This document shows positions 8,327-17,800 of a DNA stretch of 32,000 nucleotides, piece after piece (the first letter of the stretch is position 1; each line of letters opens with the position of its first letter). The notes below the pieces were generated by a model, which was not told the DNA's origin, searched no databases, and saw nothing but the letters and a program-made list of their open reading frames with translations. Origin of the DNA: Edaphobacter aggregans. Lineage in GTDB: Bacteria > Acidobacteriota > Terriglobia > Terriglobales > Acidobacteriaceae. The DNA is taken from assembly GCF_003945235.1 (NCBI RefSeq), contig NZ_RSDW01000001.1:4680001-4712000 (forward strand), read 5' to 3'. A program made the position numbers and the translations under genes.

Positions 8327-9181
8327 TCACTGGGCGGCGAACTTCCCTGCCATGAAATATGAAGGCAGGAGCAATCCGGATAGAAAACCGGTAGCCAGAA
8401 AGTACGCAATGACCACGCCAGCCATGATGAAGTTCGTCTTCTCGTCAGAACTCAACGCCGGCGCCAGGGCGTGACAGAGCTGAGAGAAGTGTTCAGCCAC
8501 TTGGCTTGCCTTGGCAAGGGTAAAGCCAGTTAGCACTTTTCCTAACGTGGAAGCGGACTCGGCAAGCAGGTTCTGATTCTGGTGCGGTGTAGTGTCAACA
8601 CTGGCATCAATTGGCTTTGCGGAACTAGTAGGTGTACCCGACGACGGTGTCGCGGCACGAGGCTTGTTTGCCGTTTGTGCAACCCCGGATGGATAACCGA
8701 ACAACAGACCGAAAAAGCCGCCAATCAGTAGGCAAGCGTTCGCCAGTATGAGAGGCATAGCCCAAGACTTGCAGGCAACAATGAGCAGACCATTACCAAC
8801 GATGACAAAGGTCAAACAATTGAAAGCGATGACATAGCGAACGTTCGCTGGATCAGCGTTTACGGGTCTGAAAGTAAATATGGCCTTTCCAGCCAACGTG
8901 AGAAGCCCAGTGGCCGCAAAGATAGCAATCCAAGTCCGAACACTCTCCGGTGAGAAAAGCACGTCTCGATAGCGGAAAAGCACAAACGCAATTAGGAGAC
9001 CGCTGCAGGTGACTAGTACGTAGGTTAGTGGAGGTTTTAGAGCGGACCAGGAAGCAGCGATTTGCTCCCGCAGTTCACCCGTCTCCCACCGATCCGGCTT
9101 GGAACCGTCCTCGCGCGACTGCTCGGAGTCAGGCGGCGAGGCCTCTTCTGGCCTGTCACGACGATCTTCTTCTGTGGACAT
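8327..9181 (-). CDS. hypothetical polytopic membrane protein (no family recognised)
   Basis: The long ORF starts at TTG 9187 in the track, but ATG 9181 has GAGG 7 nt upstream. It has an acidic/charged N-terminus (STEEDRRDRPEE...), ~5-6 hydrophobic helices, a Pro/Ser/Thr-rich linker and a final helix. Confidence 0.6.
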   Translation of the reverse strand: MSTEEDRRDRPEEASPPDSEQSREDGSKPDRWETGELREQIAASWSALKPPLTYVLVTCSGLLIAFVLFRYRDVLFSPESVRTWIAIFAATGLLTLAGKAIFTFRPVNADPANVRYVIAFNCLTFVIVGNGLLIVACKSWAMPLILANACLLIGGFFGLLFGYPSGVAQTANKPRAATPSSGTPTSSAKPIDASVDTTPHQNQNLLAESASTLGKVLTGFTLAKASQVAEHFSQLCHALAPALSSDEKTNFIMAGVVIAYFLATGFLSGLLLPSYFMAGKFAAQ

Positions 9182-9476
9182 GGTCAAACCTCACGGAGCA
9201 GGATCACTAAGGGGAAGGACGAATAATTGCACGACCCATGGGTCTCTGCCAACAGATATTTGCGAACACCCCAAGGGTCGTATCAGAATACGAAATTAGA
9301 GCACGGTAGGCTGAATTTTTTAGCTTCGAAAGCTACATAACTTTCCGGGGCCCCAAAATGTCGCATATGCATCAGACTGTGCCGTATCGATCTTTCATGT
9401 CTGGCGGGAGTAATAATTCGATGCGCTGCTTCCGACAGCGATCACTCTGACAGAAGCTTGCTCGAGAAGAAGTGTT

Positions 9477-9680
9477 AGGCTGACCCGCCACAGGCAGCCC
9501 TTTGCCCACGGTTGAGAATTTGGTGCCAATTTGGTGCCAAATCTAACCCGGAATACCGGTTTATACCGACTTTACCGGCTTATAACCTCTTTACGATGTG
9601 CAGCCGACCGATTCGTCGCCATTCACACGGTGGAAGTCGTAGGTTCGAATCCTGCTGTGCCCACCATATAATCAACAACT
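9477..9680 (+). repeat. att-like repeat module, copy 1 (hairpin + tandem 11-mers + tRNA 3' fragment)
   Basis: By eye this is ~80% identical to 25168-25373 over the left ~100 nt. Shared elements include tandem ATTTGGTGCCA x2 (9518-9539), GAATACCGGTTT and ACCGGCTTATAACC. It then carries a 45-nt perfect match (9622-9666) and a shared TCAACAACTTAG just after the CCA. Confidence 0.85.
9622..9666 (+). other. tRNA 3' fragment (parses as tRNA-Val, anticodon CAC); candidate att core
   Basis: The sequence is TTCACACGGTGGAAGTCGTAGGTTCGAATCCTGCTGTGCCCACCA. Read back from the CCA it gives discriminator A, acceptor 3' strand TGTGCCC, T-arm GTAGG/TTCGAAT/CCTGC, variable AAGTC, anticodon-stem 3' strand GGTGG and loop TTCACAC. 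No GGGCACA 5' acceptor strand or D-arm lies upstream, so it is not a full gene. Confidence 0.7.
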
Positions 9681-9735
9681 TAGAGCAAACACGACGGAAA
9701 GCCGCCACGCCACACCACGCCACACTCAGGCTAAA

Positions 9736-10956
9736 TTATTCAATCAATGTGAGATCCCGCGATCCATGGATTACTGGTGGAAGCGGTTCAGGGCTCTCAG
9801 CGAAGAGACATTCGACGACCCGTTTTTGCGCTTGCCGCTTCGCGACTAATCGGGCCTGCGTGTAAAGATCCAGCGTCGTCCAGGCTTTCGCATGCCGCAT
9901 GAGTTCCTGCACCACTTTGACGTTCTCGCCATTCCCAACCAAAAGAGTCGAGTATGTGTGCCGGAAGGTATGCCATCCTACTTTCTTGCAAATACCTGCC
10001 CGAACGGCTGCGGGTTGAATAATCTTTGCCAGCACCGTTCCAGGCCAATACGGATCCTTCCCGCTCTTATGAGGACTGGCAAAGATCCAATTCTCCGAGT
10101 TGCAATGTCTGGTCGTCTCTTTCCACAGCCAGAGATCAGCGGCCACTCGTTCATCCAAGGGCATTGGTTTGCGCGAGGTTTCTGTCTTGCAATTGCCGAT
10201 GATGCCGTGATAAACGGAGCGCTGAATCGAGATCACTAGATCAGAGAAGTTGACATCGCCCCACCTCAGAGCAAAGAGTTCGCTTCGCCGCATGCCCGTG
10301 GTAACGGCCAACTCGACCATCAGGCGAAAACAAGGTTGCAACTGCGAAAGGATGGCCCGAATCTCTTCTGATTCGAGAACCATGGGTACTTTCTTACGTC
10401 TCGCACTCTGCCGAACGAACGTAATGGGATTCCGGCCCTGTTCGAGCCACTCGCAGCGGATTGCATGATTGAAGAGCACACTGAAGATATTGCGGATCTT
10501 CCCCTTCGTTGCATCTGCTAAGGGGCCGCCATCTGCTCGTCGCAGCCCTCTGAGCCAGTGTTCCACGGCCAGAGTCCGAACCGAATGGAGAGCTATCTCG
10601 CCCCAGCCAGGTCGAATCTACCTATCTAGAAAATAGAGGTAGATCGTCCTTGTCGCGTGAGAGTGCCAGCCAGTGTCCGCGGAGAGATCGGTATGCACGT
10701 AATGATCGATCAAATCCCGAATGGGAATGGGTTTACCCGAATAGTGATTTCGACTGCCGTTCAGATACACTCTCAAACCATTTGCTGCTGTCCAAGCGAG
10801 TTCTTCGGTTGGGTATTGCTCGACCGTTCCGACGATAGCCGTGCGATGGACTCGTCTTCCCCTCTCGTCCGTCTCCCGCCAAAGAAACTCCCATACATGT
10901 GGTCCCGATTTCCGTCGTGCGCGACGAAGATGCCCCGTCTGATAGCGTTGGCTCAC
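9736..10956 (-). pseudogene. tyrosine recombinase/phage integrase interrupted by one in-frame TAG
   Basis: Track ORFs 10618..11007 and 9736..10566 are in the same frame. Translating across the gap gives ...IYLYFLDR*IRPGWGEIALHSVRTLAVEHWLRGL..., with TAG at 10618-10620 (codon 113 from GTG 10956). Catalytic motifs are present downstream (TGMRRSEL, WHTFRHTYST, LMRHAKAWTTLDLYTQ). The likely start is GTG 10956, with AGGAGG 7 nt upstream. Confidence 0.8.
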
Positions 10957-10960
10957 TGAG

Positions 10961-10981
10961 TACCCTCCTGTAAGGAGGGTA
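10961..10981 (-). promoter_or_regulatory. perfect 9-bp stem hairpin that includes the integrase Shine-Dalgarno
   Basis: TACCCTCCT-GTA-AGGAGGGTA. On the mRNA strand the 3' arm AGGAGGGUA is the SD of the GTG at 10956. Confidence 0.5.
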
Positions 10982-11287
10982 GTAGCAACCCTTGCAGAGG
11001 TCCGCAATTAGGGTTTCGTTTGGAAAAGGGATACCTGATCGAGCACCTTTGCAACAGTTGAAGAAAGTGAGACTATGGCGCAAGCGACGTGGCTCCGTAG
11101 GGACCTACAGCCAGAGAGAATAGGGATTACTTCCGAGAAGCCGACTTCCGGGTAATGATTTAGTGTCAATGAGTGTAGTTGGCGATTTATCACTCACTGA
11201 GAGCTCAAACGAACTTCTAACCTCCGTTTAACTGAAAACGGAATTCAAACAACCTTTAGTCAATTTAAGAGCGACGTGTTGGTTGGG

Positions 11288-11872
11288 CTATTTCCTACCA
11301 CCTCTGAAGAGGACCCCTGCGCCGAGTCGCACCTGATTCTGGCGATTCTCCCGGAGGTTACGTAGTTCGGAGTAGAAATAGTCTGCCTGAACGGCGCGTA
11401 TCCAGACATGCTTTGAGACTGCGATGTCCACTCCACCACCCAACGTGTACGCATACGAGGTGTCGTAGCTGGTGGGCAGCTTTCCGACTGGCGCCGGAAA
11501 GTATCCATCAAAGCCATGCACCCCGCCGAACAGAGCTTGTCCAAAGGGCTGAAATCGGGTGTGATTGGCTACGCGCAATCTCAACCCTCCCATACCATAG
11601 AAGAGGCTAAGGCCCGTGTTGAAGCCCGGAATGTGGTCGGTTATATTGCCACCGACCTCAACGACTGCCGAGAAATTGCCCCACACCGGAACGGACAACC
11701 CGCCCACACCTCCACTCATCCAGAAGCAACCGCAGCCACCGACAGGCGCGTTGGCGTACATCTCGCTGAAGGTGGCATAGGCGTCGATCGTGTTGGCGGG
11801 ACGCTGGGCCAGTCCTGTCATGGAGAGCAACGAAAGCAACGCGCAGACGAAGACACGAGTCAGCTTGTTCAT
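11288..11872 (-). CDS. small outer-membrane beta-barrel protein (OmpA-like/OMP_b-brl type) with signal peptide
   Basis: The true start is ATG 11872, not track start 12034. It lies 8 nt after the upstream stop, and that spacer is GAGGAGCG (SD). The signal peptide is MNKLTRVFVCALLSLLSMTGLAQ. The body has alternating Gly/aromatic beta-strand patterns and a C-terminal ...VRLGAGVLFRGG. Confidence 0.8.
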   Translation of the reverse strand: MNKLTRVFVCALLSLLSMTGLAQRPANTIDAYATFSEMYANAPVGGCGCFWMSGGVGGLSVPVWGNFSAVVEVGGNITDHIPGFNTGLSLFYGMGGLRLRVANHTRFQPFGQALFGGVHGFDGYFPAPVGKLPTSYDTSYAYTLGGGVDIAVSKHVWIRAVQADYFYSELRNLRENRQNQVRLGAGVLFRGGRK

Positions 11873-11880
11873 CGCTCCTC

Positions 11881-14800
11881 CTATTGAACGGTGAGAGTTA
11901 CAGTGCTGCTGTTCGCCACACTTCCGCTGGTGGCGGTGATAGTGATTGTGTAGGTCTGCTGGGGCTGGTTGAAGTAACCTCCCGATCCGCAGCCCGAGAT
12001 AGCTCCAGAGGATGTCAAGCCAAGCAGCAGCCACAGCAGCAGCCGTGGTGGCCTTGCTCGGGTTCGCCTCAAAAATGCAAGAGGCAATAGCAATACTGCA
12101 AGTGCGAACGGCGTCTTCGAGATGCGGCGCAACGCTGCACTCTGTTTGGGCACGTTGACGGTGAAGGTGGAAGTTGCTGCAGCGGAGCCGGGAGTCAGGA
12201 TGGGGGGTGCGAAGGAGTAGCTTGAGCCAGGCGGTAAATTCGTCGCCGTCAGTGTGACCACATTGTTGAAGGCACCGTTTACGGGGGTGACGGTGATGCT
12301 GTAGCTCGCCGACGCTCCTGGAGGAATCAACTGCGGTCCCGTAGTCGAGGCAACGGTGAAGGTAGGCTGAGTGCCGCCTACTGTCTGTACTACCTGAGAG
12401 ACAGCACTTGAAGTAGCGCCGTTATAGGTTGCATCACCGCTATACACCGCTGTGATCGAATGGGTTCCCACGGACAGCGTCGTGGTCGACAAACTCGCCG
12501 TGCCGCCGGACACTGTCCCGGCGCCCAGCACCGTCATTCCGTCAAGAAACTGTACCGTGCCTGTCGATCCGGCAGGTACCGTCGCGGTGAAGGTTACGGA
12601 ACTGCCCGATGGTACTGGGTTGCGCGACGATGCCAGGGTCACGGTCGCCGCAGTTTTGTTCACTACCTGCGAGAGCGCCGGAGAAGTCACACCGTTGTAG
12701 TTCCCATCACCGTTATACGTCGCCGTGACCGAGTGTGTTCCTACCGATAGCGTCGAGGTCGAGAAACTCGCCGTGCCGCTGGACACTAGCCCGGTGCCCA
12801 TCACCGTTGTTCCATCCATGAAGGTTACCGTTCCGGTGGCGCCTGCGGAGAGCGTCGCGGTGAACGTCACTGATGCCGCAGGCGTCGATGGATTCTGTGA
12901 GGAGGCCACCGCCACCGACGGAGTTCCCTTGCTTACCGTCAGGATGCCGTTCACGAAAGCGATCGAGTAATTGGGAGAACTGAGACCTCCGATAATCGAT
13001 ATCGGATAAGTTCCCACCGGAGATGTCACCGTCGCGGTCGTCGAATAGACCGGCACGCCGGTCACTGCCGTGGAATATGTGTCGCCGTTGACCAGTGTGC
13101 CCGTCACGGTATAGCTGAACGCCGGGTTACCCTGCCCATACTGGCGACTTGCGTTCGTCACCGTAACTGTAAGCGCCGCTCCACCGTTCGGACCAGTTCT
13201 CGGTGTCACGATTGCGGTCACCGGTGAGCTCGTACTTGCCGCATAGTTCCCGTCGCCCTCATAGGACGCCGTGATAGTGTTTGTGCCCGCACTCAGTGCC
13301 GAGGTGGATAACGTCGCGGTCCCGCCCGATACCGCAGCAGTGCCCAGCACCGTGGAGCCTTTAGAGAAGACGACTGTTCCGGTCGCGCCGCTCGCAGCGA
13401 CCGTCGCGGTCAGAGTGAGCGGATCGCCGTACTGCGTCGAGGTCGCGCTCGTGGTCAACGTCGTCGTTGTGGCGGCGGTCACGATCGTCAAGGTTCCAGG
13501 AACAGTGGTTAGCGTGTAGTTCTGACTCGCCAGCCCGCTTACGTTGATCGGGAAGGTCGAACCTACTGGAGAGTTCGGAGAGCCCGCCACACTGTAAACC
13601 GGAACTCCGGTCACCGCCGTGGCATACGTATCTCCGTTTAACAGCGTGCCCGAAACAATATAGGAAAACTCAGGATTCGCGGTTCCGTACTCACGGCTTT
13701 CATTTAACACCGTCACGGTCAGCGCGGGCGCTCCACCCGCAGCAGTCTTCTTCGCCACCGTCACCGTCGTTGGCTCGCTCATGCTGCTTGCATAAGTCGC
13801 ATCACCGTTATAGGTCGCCGTGATCGTATGCGTGCCCGCATTCAATGTCGTCGTACTCAGGGCCGCAACACCACCGGTTACCGTGCCCTGGCCCAGATAC
13901 ACCGAACCGTCGTAGAAGCTCGCCGTACCCGTTGCGCCTGAGGTGACCGTTGCCGTCAGGGTCACCCGATCACCGTACTGCGATGAGTTCGGAGAGGCTG
14001 CCAGCGTCGTCTTCGACGAGGACGGCACCACCGTCAAAGTGCCGGGAACGAACGCAAGCACATAGTTTTGGCTGGTCAGCCCCGACACCGTAATCTCAAA
14101 GGTGCCCGTCGTCATTCCGGCGGTCGTTGAGTAAGTCGGCGTGCCTGTCACTGCGGTGGCATAGGTATCACCGTTGACCAGCTCGCCCGCAACCGTATGG
14201 CTGAACGGCGGGTTCGCCTCTGTCGTCGTTCGCGATGCATCGTTGACCGTCACGGTCAACGATGCTCCCCCACTAGTGCCCGTCCGTTGCGTCACCGTCA
14301 GTGTCACCGGGTTGCTCGTGCTCGCAGGAAAACTCAAGTCCCCGTTATAGGTAGCCGTGATCGTATGCGTCCCCGCGTTCAGTGTGCTGACTGATAGCAC
14401 CGCCGTAGCACTGCTATCCAACGACGACGTGCCCAGCAGGGTGGTGCCCTCGTGGAAGCTCACCGTGCCCGTTGCCCCGGCGGTAGGCCCGACGACTGCC
14501 GTCAGTACCGCAGGATTCCCATACATCACCGTTGTGGGGTTCACGCTCAGCGTCGTCGTCTCTCCTGCCGCTGGTGTTACTGTTAGTGTGCCGTTGACGT
14601 AGGTGAAGATGTAGTTGTTGTTCGTGGCAAGGTCTCCAGGAGCCGCAGTGATGGGATATGTCCCTGCAGGGGAGACCGTCGTTGCCGTCGTCGTCAGGCT
14701 TGGTGATCCCGTAACCACCGACTCCTGCGTGTCGCCGTTCGCAAACCCGATCATCGTGCTGGTGAAGGGGGGATCTGGGGTTCCGTAAGGACGGCTGGCG

Positions 14801-17800
14801 TCGTTCGCCGTCACGGTCAGCGTCGCCTGGTTCACGACCTGCGTCAGTACGGACGAAGTCGCTCCGTTGTAGTTACTGTCTCCGCTGTACACCGCGATAA
14901 TCGGATGCGTACCCGCAACCAACGTTGAGGTCGTGAAGGTGACCGTAATGCCGGAGATCGGCACCGCACTGCCGATCTCCGTGCCGTTATCCTCGAAGGT
15001 CACCGTCCCCGTGGCACCCGACGGAACCGTCGCCGTAAAGATCACAGAACTCCCGTAGCTCGATGGATTCAGCGAGGATGCTACCGTCACGGTCGGAGTT
15101 CCCTTGCTTACGGTCAGGGTACCGTTCACGAAAGCGAGCGAGTAGTTCGCCGAGTTTAGACCTCCGGTAATCGATACCGGATAAGTTCCCACCGGCGCGG
15201 TCACCGTTGCGGGCGTAGAGTAGACGGCCACGCCGGTCACTGCCGTGGCATACGTGTCCCCATTGACGAGCGTGCCCGAGACGCTATAGCTGAACGCCGG
15301 GTTACCCTGCCCATACTGACGACTTGCGTCCGTCACCATAACTGTAAGGGCTGCCACGCCCCCCGGACCGGTTCTCTTTACCACGGTTACGGTCACCGCT
15401 GAACTCGTACTTTCCGCATAGTTCCCGTCGCCCTCATAGGACGCCGTGATGGTGTATGTTCCCACACTCAGCGCCGAGGTCGACAACGTCGCTGTCCCGC
15501 CAGATACCGTACCGGTGCCCAGCGCCGTGGAGCCGCTAGAAAAGACGACCGTTCCGGTCGCGCTACTCGGACCTACCGTTGCCGTCAGCGTAACCGGATC
15601 GCCATATTGCGTCGAGGTCACGCTCGTAGTCAGCGCAGTCGTTGTGGGGGCAGTCACGATCGTCAGGGTTCCAGGAACAGTGGTCAGCGTATAGTTTTCG
15701 CTCACCAGACCGCTTACGTTGATGGGGAAGGTCGAACCCACCGGAGAGGTCGGAGTGTCCGTCGAAGTATAGACCGGAACTCCGGTCACCGCCGTAGCAT
15801 ACGTATCTCCGTTCACCAGCGTGCCCGAAACGATATACGCAAACTCCGGATTCGCGGTCCCATACTCACGGCTTGCGTTTTCAACCGTCACCGTCAGCGC
15901 GGGACCTCCACCGGCAGCCGTCTTCTTGGCCACAGTCACCGTCGCTGGCCCGCTCGTGCTGCTGGCATACGTAGCGTCGCCGTTGTAGATCGCCGTGATC
16001 GTATGCGTTCCTGCATTCAATGTTGTCGTGATCAATGTCGCCACGCCGCCGGTGACCGTGCCCTCGCCCAGAAACACCGAACTATCATAGAAACTCGCAG
16101 TGCCCGTTGCGCCTGATGTGACCGTCGCCGTCAGCGTCACTGGACCGCCGTACTGCAATGAGTTCGGAGAGGCTGTCAGCGTCGTCGTCGACGAGGACGG
16201 CACCACCGTCAAAGTGCCAGGAACGAACGCAAGCGTATAGTTTTGGCTCGTCAGTCCCGACAGCGTAATCTCAAAGGTGCCCGCCGTCGTTCCGGCGGTT
16301 GTCGAATAAGTCGGCGTGCCCGACACCGCGGTGGCATAGGTATCACCGTTGACCAGCTCGCCCGCCACCGTGTGGCTGAATGGCGGGTTCGCCTCGGTCG
16401 TCGTCCGCGTCGCATCGTTGACCGTCACGGTCAATGCAGCTCCCCCGCCCGGCGCGGTCCGCTGCGTCACCGTCAGGGTCACCGGGTTGCTCGTGCTCGC
16501 AGGAAAGTTCACATCCCCGTTATAGGTCGCCGTGATCGTATGCGTGCCCACGTTCAGTGTGCTCACTGGCAGCACCGCCGTAGTACTGCCATCCAGCGAC
16601 GACGTCCCCAGCAGGGTGGTGCCCTCGTGGAAGCTCACTGTGCCCGTGGCCCCAGACGGAGGTCCCACGACCGCCGTCAGTACCGCAGGGTCCCCATACA
16701 TCGCCATCGCCGGGCTCACACTCAGTGTCGTCGAAGGCCCGGTCGTTGCCATGTTCACTGTCTGCGTCAGTACGAGTGAAGTCGTTCCGTTGTAGTTCGT
16801 GTCTCCGCTGTACACCGCGGTGATCGCATGCGAACCCGCCACCAGCGTCGAGATCGCGAAGGCGGCCGTGGTGCCGGAGATCGGCACTGCACCGCTGATC
16901 GCCGTGCCGTTATCCTCGAAGGTCACCGTCCCCGTGGCGCCCGCCGGAACCGCCGCCGTCAAGGTTAATGAAGTGCCGTAGGTCGATGGGTTCAGAGAGG
17001 AGGCAAGAGTGACGGTCGGGATCGCCTTGTTCACCACCTGGGATACCGGCGTTGACACCGCGGCGGTGTAGTTGGCATCCCCGCCGTATTGCGCGGTGAT
17101 CGAGTGCGTGCCCACTGCCAGCGAACTGGTCGCCAGAGTGGCGACGCCACTGTTGATCGTCCCCGTGCCGAGGGACGTCGTGCCGTCCTCGAAGGTCACC
17201 GTTCCGGTGGCTCCGGACGTGACCGTCGCCGTAAGAGTCACGCCAGTACCGAAAGTCGAGGGGTTCAGCGAGGTAGCCAGAGCGACAGTGCTGGACGCCT
17301 TGTTCACCACCTGGGACAGTACGGACGAAGTTGCTCCGTTGTAGTTCGTGTCTCCACCGTACTGCGCCGTGATCGAGTGCGTTCCCGCTGCAAGCGAACT
17401 GGTCGTCAGGCTGGCGACGCCACTGCTAATCGTCCCTGTGCCAAGGGACGTTGCGCCGTCGTCGAAGGTCACTATCCCGGTGGCTTCGGACGGGACCGTC
17501 GCCGTGAGAGTCGCGCTCACACCGAAGGTCGATGGGTTTAGAGAGGAAGCCAAAGTGACGGTCGGGCTCGCCTTGTTCACAATCTGGGATACCGCCGTGG
17601 AGGCGGCGGTGGTGTAGTTGGTATCTCCTCCATACTGCGCCGTGATCGAGTGCGTGCCTGCTGCAAGCGAGCTAATCGTCAGCGTAGCGCCGCCGCCGCT
17701 AATCGCTCCCGTCCCAAGGGACGTTGCGCCGTCGTCGAAGGTCACTGTCCCGGTGGCTCCGGACGGGACCGTCGCCGTGAGAGTCACGCTCACACCGAAG

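Noticed and set aside
9590-9666. Complete tRNA gene, or tmRNA 3' end, at either repeat copy (also 25284-25359)
   Set aside because: Only the 3' ~45-49 nt are tRNA-like. The required 5' acceptor strand (GGGCACA) and a D-arm are absent within 100 nt upstream in both copies. The acceptor lacks the G3:U70 pair expected for tmRNA/tRNA-Ala-like ends.
9512-9865. 117-aa plus-strand ORF
   Set aside because: It runs through the att-like repeat and tRNA fragment and then antisense into the integrase 3' end, with no coding signal.
10618-10620. TAG in the integrase read as programmed readthrough or pyrrolysine
   Set aside because: Nothing in the window supports this (no pyl genes, no recoding signal). 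A simple nonsense mutation in a decaying mobile-element gene is the more economical explanation.
11873-12034. Track start (12034) of the beta-barrel ORF, giving a 248-aa protein that overlaps the giant gene
   Set aside because: The N-terminal 54 aa are out-of-frame overlap with the giant gene's 3' end. ATG 11872 is preceded by GAGGAG and starts a canonical signal peptide.
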